Under the pieces are notes generated by a model. That model was not told where the DNA came from. It did no database searches and saw nothing but the letters and a program-made list of their open reading frames with translations. 64,000 nt of DNA, from sequence record PQ451753.1. The stretch is one strand, 5' to 3'. Positions 55,669 to 64,000 of the stretch are shown here, piece by piece. A program made the position numbers and the translations under genes. Position 1 is the first letter of the stretch. The number at the start of each line of letters is the position of its first letter.

Positions 55669-58593
55669 CACTTCATGACTGTTGTAGCCAATTGAGATGT
55701 CGTCACGGATACTTAGAGTCCAGTCAGGGTTCAGTACCAGTTTCTTACCAAGCGTTGGTCGGTTACGACTATCGATAACGGTAAAGAGTTTCTGGTCTTC
55801 ATAAGGACCCATTGCACCCATCTCCACATCCACAATCTCATCACCCAAACGCTTACGGATTTCTTCAGTAATTGCAGATACCGAAACCGTATCACCTTTA
55901 AGGTTAGTAAGAATAGCAGAACGTGTAGTCTCAGCCAATGTATCCAAGAAGTCACTGTTCTGACGAGCAGAGCTTGTTAGGTAGTAGTACATATTGAACT
56001 GGTTCTCAGCATCAATACGTGTCGTAGTACCATCACCAAGTAATACATCAATCAGACCCATTGTGGTTTCAGGGTAGTAGTACAGTTTGGTCTTCTCTAA
56101 TAGACTGGTGTCGATAGATGGCAAGTCTTCTGTAATGTACCCAAGTAGCGTGTCAGTTACCTTAGTCACGTACTCTTTAGTTTCCGTAGTGTTAGACAAG
56201 ATGAACTTAGCATCCATCAGGAATAACTCTAGGCGACGTTTAATCGAACGAGGTGCCTTAACTTCAGGTTTACCATCAACACCGTAGACAGGAGAGCCTT
56301 TAGGGTACTGAATTTGTTTGTTACCAAACTTGTCCAGTTTAAACTCACCTTTCTTGTGCTCAATAACAAACTGAGCCTTAGGCTTGCCGTCCACCTCAAT
56401 AAACTCAACCGCAGGTGCGTTCGTTGTTGGGTCTTTCTTGATAACGTCTTTAGAGTAAGTGTAGTACACATCTTCTTCATGACGTTTGTAATCGATAGAA
56501 CCTACAATAGTTCGAGCGTTAGTCCATAGAGACGGTAGATGTTGTCCGTAGTTCAGTGTAAGAACTTCAAGCGTAGCGCCTTTAGCACCGCGAACTTCAC
56601 TATCAAGGATCATGTCGATAGACGAGGTACGGTAGTCAGGTGTTGTGTAGTTACTTACAGAGTAAATGACATTCATCAGACAGTTAAGTGGCATTGCAGT
56701 TGGCGATGGCTTGTCGCCTACCAATACAAAGTTGTTAACAATCATGTCATGGTTACGGTCAATATCCAAGTTAGTCTCAATGAAGAACTCAAAGATAGCT
56801 TCACCGTCTTCAGTGTAACCTTTCAGTGTACCATTAACCCAAGCATACTCTTCACTATAGCCACGAGGCGTAAAGCTAATCTGTGCATGCTTCTGCTCAT
56901 CATTCAGACTCTTGTAAACATCGTCACTACGTGTCACTACTGTTAAACGGTATCCGCCGTCTACTTCTTTAAGCTGTTGCTGCTTAGTACTGACGTCCAA
57001 GTTTAACGTGTTGTTGTTATTCACGAATCGCTTGTTGTCAATCTTAGGATTAGCTAAGTAGTAAGCACGCTCTTCAACAATCTCACCGTTAAAGTCCAAG
57101 ACATAATGGAATGGAGTAAACAACAATGTGTTCTCGTTACCATAACTAACCAGTTGATTTGGCTCCATACGTCGGTAGTCTTCTAACGTACGTGTATCCA
57201 CCTCAACTAAACCGTTCACGTATTTGTACATCGTAGTAGGTAGGATAGTCAAACGGTTACCATTGTCTTTCACGCCACCGCCTGCGGTAAGCGCTTCAAC
57301 ACTTGTCTCTAAGATGCCATTAACAGTACCGATCGGTGTAGACAGACCTTCTACTTCAGGCGATGGGATTTCATTAGTAGCGTGATAGATACGTTCGGTA
57401 ACATAGTCAATCGACTTGTTAACGTCAAAGCCTAAGTCTGTAGCAGCATTCACTAACTGCTTCTCAGAGATAGGTAGAACACGCCCACTGAACGAGTTAT
57501 CAATAACGCGTTTACGTAGCTCTTCAAAAGTCAGGCTGTCACGTCCACCGCGTGTGGCTGAATCAGAAATCAGTGAGAAGTGTTTAAAGGTCTTCAGCGG
57601 TGCAATGTATTGCGTGTCAACCGTCTTACCAATGTCTACCCAACGTGCAGTGTATTCACTCACATCGTAGTTAGGTAGGTTCATGTTAAGTGCCCCTTTT
57701 GTTGCATAGAGGTCAACACGAACTTCACCAGAGATTAAACCCGTACGTACATAGACGTCTGGGATGTACACTTCTACTTCACCGTTTAGCACTTTAAGCT
57801 GCGCAGTAACCTCTGTCGGGTTGATTACCTCATCAGAGTGCGTAGTCTTCAGCTCACGCCATTTACCATTCACACGGTTCCATACGCGCGCATAGAAGTA
57901 CTGGTCGTCATGACTGTACGTGTTACGCCAACTAATACCACGAGTAATAGTGTCAACGTGGGACGTGATTTTGTACTGTAGTGCAGGGATGGTGATAACC
58001 ACCATGTCCAGTCCTTTACCGTTAAACGGAATCGTACTGATAGTCCAATCTAGAGAACGTGAAGACAGAGAAGTAATAGGCGACGCTTCAGAGTTGTCAT
58101 AAACAATCTGTAGTCCACCATGTGACAATACACGAATCTCAATCGGGTACTGCAACGTAAATGTTACACCTCCAACCATAAACTCGGTGTCACGTGGAAT
58201 AACCAGTTTACGCATCTCTCTACTATTTCTAGGAGCCGCCTTTTCATAGATTTCATTCTTACCAATGATAAGACGAAACTCTGAACGTGAGGGTTGTGAG
58301 AATGGGTCAATCCAATCCTCATCTGACATGTGACCGTACAAGTCTTCCATATCTACTGCCATAACCGCATTACGGCGCTGTAGCGTCTTGGTGTGACTTT
58401 CGATACTGGTCTGTGCCATCATCACGGAAACCTCTGATGACCAGAGAACCGGGTTGTTTGGATCGAGTACGTCGTAGTCAGTGCCATTGTTAATCCCAAG
58501 CAGGGTGTCTGTGACAGCGTCCTGCATTAAGTTAGGATTATACATAGCAGCTACGGTATTTTCGAGAACCTTACTAACTTTAGTTGTTGCCAT
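55660..58593 (-). CDS. Large baseplate structural protein (phiKZ gp87-like)
   Basis: 977 aa; GGRD..T.EELR..V (baseplate wedge-like); synteny. Confidence 0.6.
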   Translation of the reverse strand: MATTKVSKVLENTVAAMYNPNLMQDAVTDTLLGINNGTDYDVLDPNNPVLWSSEVSVMMAQTSIESHTKTLQRRNAVMAVDMEDLYGHMSDEDWIDPFSQPSRSEFRLIIGKNEIYEKAAPRNSREMRKLVIPRDTEFMVGGVTFTLQYPIEIRVLSHGGLQIVYDNSEASPITSLSSRSLDWTISTIPFNGKGLDMVVITIPALQYKITSHVDTITRGISWRNTYSHDDQYFYARVWNRVNGKWRELKTTHSDEVINPTEVTAQLKVLNGEVEVYIPDVYVRTGLISGEVRVDLYATKGALNMNLPNYDVSEYTARWVDIGKTVDTQYIAPLKTFKHFSLISDSATRGGRDSLTFEELRKRVIDNSFSGRVLPISEKQLVNAATDLGFDVNKSIDYVTERIYHATNEIPSPEVEGLSTPIGTVNGILETSVEALTAGGGVKDNGNRLTILPTTMYKYVNGLVEVDTRTLEDYRRMEPNQLVSYGNENTLLFTPFHYVLDFNGEIVEERAYYLANPKIDNKRFVNNNNTLNLDVSTKQQQLKEVDGGYRLTVVTRSDDVYKSLNDEQKHAQISFTPRGYSEEYAWVNGTLKGYTEDGEAIFEFFIETNLDIDRNHDMIVNNFVLVGDKPSPTAMPLNCLMNVIYSVSNYTTPDYRTSSIDMILDSEVRGAKGATLEVLTLNYGQHLPSLWTNARTIVGSIDYKRHEEDVYYTYSKDVIKKDPTTNAPAVEFIEVDGKPKAQFVIEHKKGEFKLDKFGNKQIQYPKGSPVYGVDGKPEVKAPRSIKRRLELFLMDAKFILSNTTETKEYVTKVTDTLLGYITEDLPSIDTSLLEKTKLYYYPETTMGLIDVLLGDGTTTRIDAENQFNMYYYLTSSARQNSDFLDTLAETTRSAILTNLKGDTVSVSAITEEIRKRLGDEIVDVEMGAMGPYEDQKLFTVIDSRNRPTLGKKLVLNPDWTLSIRDDISIGYNSHEVKK

Positions 58594-59734
58594 CTCTTCT
58601 TACCTTCTTCATAACTTCTTGGTATTGGTCTTCGTAAACAAACCACATCAACTCTTTTGTGTTGCGGTCAATCTGAGGATAACCATACCAGTTAAAATAT
58701 TGAATTTCGTTCTTAGGAACACGACGCATGTTACCACGTGGTGTGAACAAGCCAACGTTGTTTTCAGCTTCAACCATATCTGGGTTGAATAGACGTACCA
58801 CTTCATTGAACTCCTCAATCAAACGAGGGTCTAGATAAGCAGCACCTTCACAATGGAACTGAATGTTGATTTGATCGTTCGCATCTAACATTGGCGTCTG
58901 TACATCGTAGTTCATCACTGCACCCAAGTTGTCATTAACTGGGAACGCTGCAAGTGCTGCACCAATCTTAGTAACGTATGTTAGTGTCGGGTCCATTATC
59001 AAACGATAAATTCGTGTTTCGTAGTTCTTCTCACGTTGAATCACATTACGAGTACGTGGCCAGAATGTCCCATCGAAATAATTGGACATCGCTTCTAACC
59101 AAGTAGTGAACAACTGAGTAGTAACATCACCATCTAAGTTTTGGAAGGTGGCATTAAGAGTATAGGTGTAGTTAACTGCATAATGGGAGTCAACCATTGA
59201 CCACTGCTCTCGCTTCAAACCTTCTTCTGAAGTGTAAACATCGAGGGTGTTGTCAGGGAAACCTGACAGGGTTGTAATTCGGTTAGTAAGTAATGGAATG
59301 AATGCCTGCTTGTTATCAAAAGGTACTTGTGGATGGAAGTCCATACCTAAACCACCCACGCCTTCGACAGCCATTGTATAGGGACACATTGGATCTAAGA
59401 TGCCGAGGATGGCACGTTCAGCAGAGCTGTATCCATTCTCAGCCATGTGTAACATGCGCGGTGATTCATTAATGTTAGCACGGCTTAAGTTGAGGTCAGG
59501 GCGTGTAAAGAACACGTAACCGCCTCGTTCGCGGTTCTTTGGAACTGCGGTTGGAGCTATTCTATGGTTAAATCCCATGAACGTGTTAGTAATAGCAGCG
59601 TCTGTGTCGCCACGACCAGACATGATATCTATCCGTCGACGGTTTTCTCTACCACGTTCATTCTCAGCCTCATAATCGATTTTGTAGTTATACGGCAAAT
59701 CGTTATTGGCGTCGAGTTGATTATTATTTGACAT
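58580..59734 (-). CDS. Virion tail/baseplate protein (phiKZ gp88-like)
   Basis: GYVFFTRPDLNL block; coupled to the gp87-like gene. Confidence 0.55.
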   Translation of the reverse strand: MSNNNQLDANNDLPYNYKIDYEAENERGRENRRRIDIMSGRGDTDAAITNTFMGFNHRIAPTAVPKNRERGGYVFFTRPDLNLSRANINESPRMLHMAENGYSSAERAILGILDPMCPYTMAVEGVGGLGMDFHPQVPFDNKQAFIPLLTNRITTLSGFPDNTLDVYTSEEGLKREQWSMVDSHYAVNYTYTLNATFQNLDGDVTTQLFTTWLEAMSNYFDGTFWPRTRNVIQREKNYETRIYRLIMDPTLTYVTKIGAALAAFPVNDNLGAVMNYDVQTPMLDANDQINIQFHCEGAAYLDPRLIEEFNEVVRLFNPDMVEAENNVGLFTPRGNMRRVPKNEIQYFNWYGYPQIDRNTKELMWFVYEDQYQEVMKKVRRDGNN

Positions 59735-59772
59735 GTCTATTATTCCTATCTGTATTTAGGAGAACTACAATC

Positions 59773-61116
59773 ATGATTGCAGAAGAAGCAAAAACCCTTC
59801 TATCTGGAGTCGTTACGCATTTGCCTGATTTATGGGCAAAGCGCGGAGATTCTCTAATTGAGTTTACTCGCCCAACTCGTAACGATTTCCTGACCCTGGT
59901 CGAAAATGACCTAATTACTTTGGATTATCTACCTGATATCCTCGATACTGCACAGACGTTCGTGTCTGGTTACTACCTAAGTGCAGTTACGCTATTGGTA
60001 GACATTCCAGAAATCAACATCCGCCGTACGCTTGACCAAGTGTCAACACGACGTGACCCTGTAGAATCTATTCTAGGTTCAGGCTCATCAGCGTTTAAGT
60101 TTGTCGGTACAGAATCGTTTGAGCACGGCTTGCCTGCACTAGAGCACCTTGGTGGTGGTTCTATAGCAGCCGAGTGTTATGCATTAGAAGCAAAGCACGT
60201 AGCTGGTCGCAACATCAAAGGCGAATCTGAACTAGACATTAAGCGTCTAGAAGAAATCGAACAAAAGCTTAAGCTTAACGAAGAGAAGAACGGTCGCGAT
60301 AAAGAGCGTCACGAGCTTGAAAAAGAGCGCAGTGAAGTTCAAAAGCGTCTTCAAGAACAAGGTTACGATCTTAGTAAGCTACAGCTAGATCTACAACGTG
60401 AAAAGTTTGAGCATGAGAAATCACGCGGAACAAAAAGCGTTGGCTTTGGTCGTGACTCACTGGCCACGATTGACGAACTGTCTAACCTTTCTACAGGTAA
60501 GACTCTGGAAGTGAACTTTGAGCGTAATGGCAACAAAGCAAACATCCCAGTAACTATTCGTCTTGCAGTAACCGATACAGACTCACTGTCAATGCGTACT
60601 ATCTTGTCAACGGCAGGTATTCAGAATACCTTTAAAGAACGTTGGCGTCGTATGCGTAATGGTGAGCTAGCAATGGTGAAAGACCTATTGTTCTGTCACG
60701 ATTTGATTGCAGAGTCGCGCCGTGTTCGCATTCGCGATAAGTCAGGCTTCTACGAGCATATGATGCGTAACCAGTCTAAGAACTTCCTATCTGGACTGTT
60801 CTCAATGAACCCGTCTATCAATAACGCTTCTGCTGTATTGATGGTATCTGAAGAAACAGCTAAGGCTGCGTCTATCGAACTAGGTGGTTCACTGGATAAA
60901 TTCCATATCCGTGAGAAGGTATTCAAGTCAACCGCAGCAATGTTATTGTACGTGGTAGATACGAAATGGGACACCGTGACTATTTATCACCGTGGTATTG
61001 ACGCAGTAACTACGGTTACTAAGCGCGACATCCAGCGTAAGAAAGGTAAAGGCGGCGGTTCTCAGGTTACTGACATCATTAACGCTTACCAAGCTGGCTC
61101 AGCGCCTGTAATTTAA
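59773..61116 (+). CDS. Head inner-body protein (phiKZ gp89-like)
   Basis: GTE and ALE sites, central coiled coil; AGGAG RBS before ATG 59773. Confidence 0.65.
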   Translation: MIAEEAKTLLSGVVTHLPDLWAKRGDSLIEFTRPTRNDFLTLVENDLITLDYLPDILDTAQTFVSGYYLSAVTLLVDIPEINIRRTLDQVSTRRDPVESILGSGSSAFKFVGTESFEHGLPALEHLGGGSIAAECYALEAKHVAGRNIKGESELDIKRLEEIEQKLKLNEEKNGRDKERHELEKERSEVQKRLQEQGYDLSKLQLDLQREKFEHEKSRGTKSVGFGRDSLATIDELSNLSTGKTLEVNFERNGNKANIPVTIRLAVTDTDSLSMRTILSTAGIQNTFKERWRRMRNGELAMVKDLLFCHDLIAESRRVRIRDKSGFYEHMMRNQSKNFLSGLFSMNPSINNASAVLMVSEETAKAASIELGGSLDKFHIREKVFKSTAAMLLYVVDTKWDTVTIYHRGIDAVTTVTKRDIQRKKGKGGGSQVTDIINAYQAGSAPVI

Positions 61117-61126
61117 GGAGTAGAAC

Positions 61127-62044
61127 GTGAGTGTAACTAATTACGTAAAAGGTCTGCTCCCATCATTCGAATCGTCTCGTGTGAAAGATAACCTGACCAA
61201 CCTGTCTCAGGAAATTGATCAGTTCACGCTACCATCAACAAAAGGTATGGCAGAGACATTTCCGCATGATTGGAAGTGGAAGAATAAGAACGTAGAAACG
61301 CTTGATAAGGCAATTCGCAGTTCTTATAAGGGTAAGGTCTTCAAACGTGACGCAAGCGCGCTAGAGCTCATTGAGCACGCCTTAGTGAACATGCAGACCA
61401 CATTACCTCTGATGAAGATGCAGGCAGATAAAGCATTTGCACGCACTATCTCATCTGAAGGTCTGACGTTTGACCGCGCAGCTATCCTGCAATTCTCAGA
61501 AGCCGCGACATTCTTTGTTAACTATGCTCGTGTTATGGTTAACTACTTGTCAGCCGCAGAACTGTCTGAACTAGACGGTAGCCGTAAAGTAGCAGGTATT
61601 GCACCAGATGACGAAGAGTATCTTCTGGCAAACCGTTACACATTTGCAATCGCACTGAGTATCATGTGTGTTGATGGCAAAGAACTTAAGTCTGAGATGG
61701 CACATATCCCTACCTCAATTGTAGAGTCTGGTAATGAAGACGATATGGTTGCAGTAGTCGGTAAAGGTAAAATGGACCCGTTTGGTTTTGCCAGCCTTCC
61801 ATTTCCTCTATCTCTTATCTACCGTGCGGGTCTATCGATTGCCGATTGGCAAGTGAATCGTTATGACCAAGCTCAAGAAGAAGCGAATGTTCAACAGTAT
61901 CGTATGATTCTATTGAAAGAACGCATTGAGAACGGTCAGGGTGATGCTGCAACTGAGAACGCGTTAAAGGATGCTGAAGAGCGCCTGAAACTGGCTCGTC
62001 GCAAAATCGCCAAGATGGAGGAAGATTATGGACTTGACGGATAA
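61127..62044 (+). CDS. Head inner-body protein (phiKZ gp90-like)
   Basis: GTG start after AAGGAG; LLPSFE N-terminus; C-terminal coiled coil. Confidence 0.65.
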   Translation: MSVTNYVKGLLPSFESSRVKDNLTNLSQEIDQFTLPSTKGMAETFPHDWKWKNKNVETLDKAIRSSYKGKVFKRDASALELIEHALVNMQTTLPLMKMQADKAFARTISSEGLTFDRAAILQFSEAATFFVNYARVMVNYLSAAELSELDGSRKVAGIAPDDEEYLLANRYTFAIALSIMCVDGKELKSEMAHIPTSIVESGNEDDMVAVVGKGKMDPFGFASLPFPLSLIYRAGLSIADWQVNRYDQAQEEANVQQYRMILLKERIENGQGDAATENALKDAEERLKLARRKIAKMEEDYGLDG

Positions 62045-62606
62045 GCCCGAACTTTCAACAGAATCCCTTAATATTATGAATGAATGCGTGTCTCTGTTCC
62101 GACAGAATTCTTTGCAGTCTCGTTCATGGGATTCTATCCACAAAACCATCGATGCGTGTGCACCACTCATTTACTTGATGCGTGCGCCAGTCATTGGCCA
62201 TCCTTTGGACGGTATTTCAGACAGTGCAGGTACGATTAAGCGTTTCTATAATGAGACGGTCGGCTTCATCATGGGCGAGGAGCGTTCCGTAAATCTTGTT
62301 ATCTGGGAAGGCTTAATCAACGATATTACCAACTACAATGAATCGGCTACTTGGCCAACTTCTGTAGGTAGTGCAGGTTCAATTGGGGCACGTCTGGATT
62401 TCTTCTCGAAAACACCTAGTAAAGACAAGGTAGTTTCGTCTTCTTTCAAACACGACGGAATTCGCAATGATTTACTATCATATGCGCACCGTGATATTTT
62501 GCACAAATGGATTCATCGCAAGAATGGAATCGACGATATGTTGTTCTCATTAGTGTTGATGGCTAAAATCTACAGCGTGTACGAACATTCGTCCCTTAAG
62601 GGATAA
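62028..62606 (+). CDS. Conserved virion-cluster protein (phiKZ gp91-like)
   Basis: GGAGGA RBS; STE site; synteny. Confidence 0.55.
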   Translation: MDLTDKPELSTESLNIMNECVSLFRQNSLQSRSWDSIHKTIDACAPLIYLMRAPVIGHPLDGISDSAGTIKRFYNETVGFIMGEERSVNLVIWEGLINDITNYNESATWPTSVGSAGSIGARLDFFSKTPSKDKVVSSSFKHDGIRNDLLSYAHRDILHKWIHRKNGIDDMLFSLVLMAKIYSVYEHSSLKG

Positions 62607-62694
62607 ACCCGTCGCGACGGGACGTTTAGTAAAATAGTACCTATAATGTGTAGGTATTCGTTTTAACAATTTTGGTTAACCAAACAAAAGGTAT

Positions 62695-63933
62695 ATGATC
62701 ATGCGTAAGAATTGGATCGCAACTGAAGAACACTCTGACGAAGTACAAGACGTAGAACTGATGGAAGTACCATCTGAGTCACTTGAGTCAGACCTTGTTG
62801 AAGTAACTGGCCTAGACAAAGACGTTGAGTCTCTAGTTGCCGATGGTGAAGAGCTAGAGCACGACCAAGAACAGGTTGACGCACTTGCTGAAAACGCTGA
62901 AGCTTCTCTAGAAGAAGACGGTATGGACGAAACTGCTGCCCGCGCTACTGAAATCGCTGCTGAATCATTCTGCGGTAAGTGGGGCATCCAGCGTAAGAAA
63001 GTTGGCCTTGAGTCATTCGGTACCTCAGACGGTCGTCGTCAAGCAACACAGGTTGCAGTTGAGTCTCTAAAAGACGCAGCGGCTGGCATGTGGGATACTT
63101 TCGTTAAATGGTTGAAAGAGCTAGTTGCTAAAGCACGCGAACAGCTTCTGAAACTTACTAACGCTGGTAAGAAGATGAAAGGCCGTGCTGAAAAACTTGA
63201 AGCTCGTCTAGACAAAGGTCTAGGTGTTCAAGACAAGAAAGAAGTAGATGGCTCATTCACTAAGCAACTTGCAGTTGACGAAAAAGTTGACTACCAAGAG
63301 TGTCTATCTTTCGCTAACAGCTCTGCTGCATCAGTAGACAGCATCGGTAAGTCAGTAATGACTGGTATCGACCAAGCTGGTAAACTACTACGTGCAGGCA
63401 CTGTTGAAGGCGCTGGCGGTTCTAAGATGGAACTTATCACTGGTAACTTTGGTAAGAAGACTTCTAAGAAACTTGGCGTACCACAAGGTGCAGAAGGCGT
63501 TGAAGTTAAAGCACTTCCAGGCAACTGCTACCTGATCGGTTACACAGCGAACGGCACTAAAGTAACTAAGTTTGAAGTTGCTACAGACAAAGTTAAAGAC
63601 AGCAAGCTGCCTACTTTGACTGCTGACCAATGTAAAGCTGGTGCTAAAGCACTTTACACAATCGGTGAAGTTCTAGAAACTAAACTGAAAGCTTTCCGTG
63701 ACTCTAACGAGAAAATGGACAAGCTAGCTGACGCTGCTAAAGAAGCTGCTGCTAAGAACAAAGAAGCAACTTCTGAAAACCGCGAAGCTACTAAAGCGGC
63801 TCTTGCTCAAGCACGTGCAGACGTTAACTCTGCTAAAGCTGCTGAGCGCGCAGTGACTACTTCACTGAAGAACGCTGGTGCTGGTATCGCAGGCTACGTT
63901 GCTGCATCTATCTCTGCTTACAAAGCAGCTTAA
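62695..63933 (+). CDS. Major internal head protein (phiKZ gp93-like)
   Basis: Acidic propeptide with AAE, GLE and AVE sites; amphipathic helix GMWDTFVKWLKELV; high-expression codons. Confidence 0.75.
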   Translation: MIMRKNWIATEEHSDEVQDVELMEVPSESLESDLVEVTGLDKDVESLVADGEELEHDQEQVDALAENAEASLEEDGMDETAARATEIAAESFCGKWGIQRKKVGLESFGTSDGRRQATQVAVESLKDAAAGMWDTFVKWLKELVAKAREQLLKLTNAGKKMKGRAEKLEARLDKGLGVQDKKEVDGSFTKQLAVDEKVDYQECLSFANSSAASVDSIGKSVMTGIDQAGKLLRAGTVEGAGGSKMELITGNFGKKTSKKLGVPQGAEGVEVKALPGNCYLIGYTANGTKVTKFEVATDKVKDSKLPTLTADQCKAGAKALYTIGEVLETKLKAFRDSNEKMDKLADAAKEAAAKNKEATSENREATKAALAQARADVNSAKAAERAVTTSLKNAGAGIAGYVAASISAYKAA

Positions 63934-63951
63934 TAGATAGCACGATCGGAC

Positions 63952-63987
63952 GAGGGAGCTTCGGCTCCCTCATCCATTTATTTTTTT
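63952..63987 (+). terminator. Intrinsic terminator
   Basis: GAGGGAGC-TTCG-GCTCCCTC plus T-tract. Confidence 0.85.
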
Positions 63988-64000
63988 GTCGCGGTAAATC

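Noticed and set aside
318-63630. Numerous 60-150 aa antisense or alternate-frame ORFs in the track
   Set aside because: Shadow ORFs nested in long conserved genes, without RBS or motifs

Overview
This window is 64 kb of a phiKZ-like jumbo phage (Chimalliviridae, nucleus-forming). A Vibrio-like host is a guess from codon style only. It carries the large terminase, the two-gene split family-B DNA polymerase and chimallin (nuclear shell). It also carries the conserved nucleus block: ChmC, the sigma-like nvRNAP subunit, PicA, a gp70-like Arg/Asp-rich protein, nvRNAP beta and beta' pieces and an SF2 helicase. Further on are a virion RNAP beta' piece and a run of head and baseplate genes with S/A/G-X-E prohead-protease sites. 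Phage gp numbers are assigned from recalled synteny and motifs, not from database searches. I found no tRNA, CRISPR array, intron or intein. The strongest unexplained signals are non-coding: (1) a ~370-nt multi-helix RNA candidate at 9670-10030 carrying an unpaired perfect 16S-type SD/anti-SD segment and a T-loop-like hairpin; (2) a ~200-nt terminator-bounded RNA at 20415-20590 whose UCCC loop is a 14-nt perfect antisense match to the phage's own nvRNAP ribosome-binding site; (3) a dyad-symmetric origin-like region at 11190-12290 with opposed GCGAAGC mini-hairpins and polypurine tracts. Other notable items are a type-I-toxin-like peptide cassette, a secreted HNH nuclease behind an attenuator-like leader, a degenerate DNA ligase, a CYTH enzyme coupled to the polymerase exonuclease gene, and a 9-gene overlapping early array.
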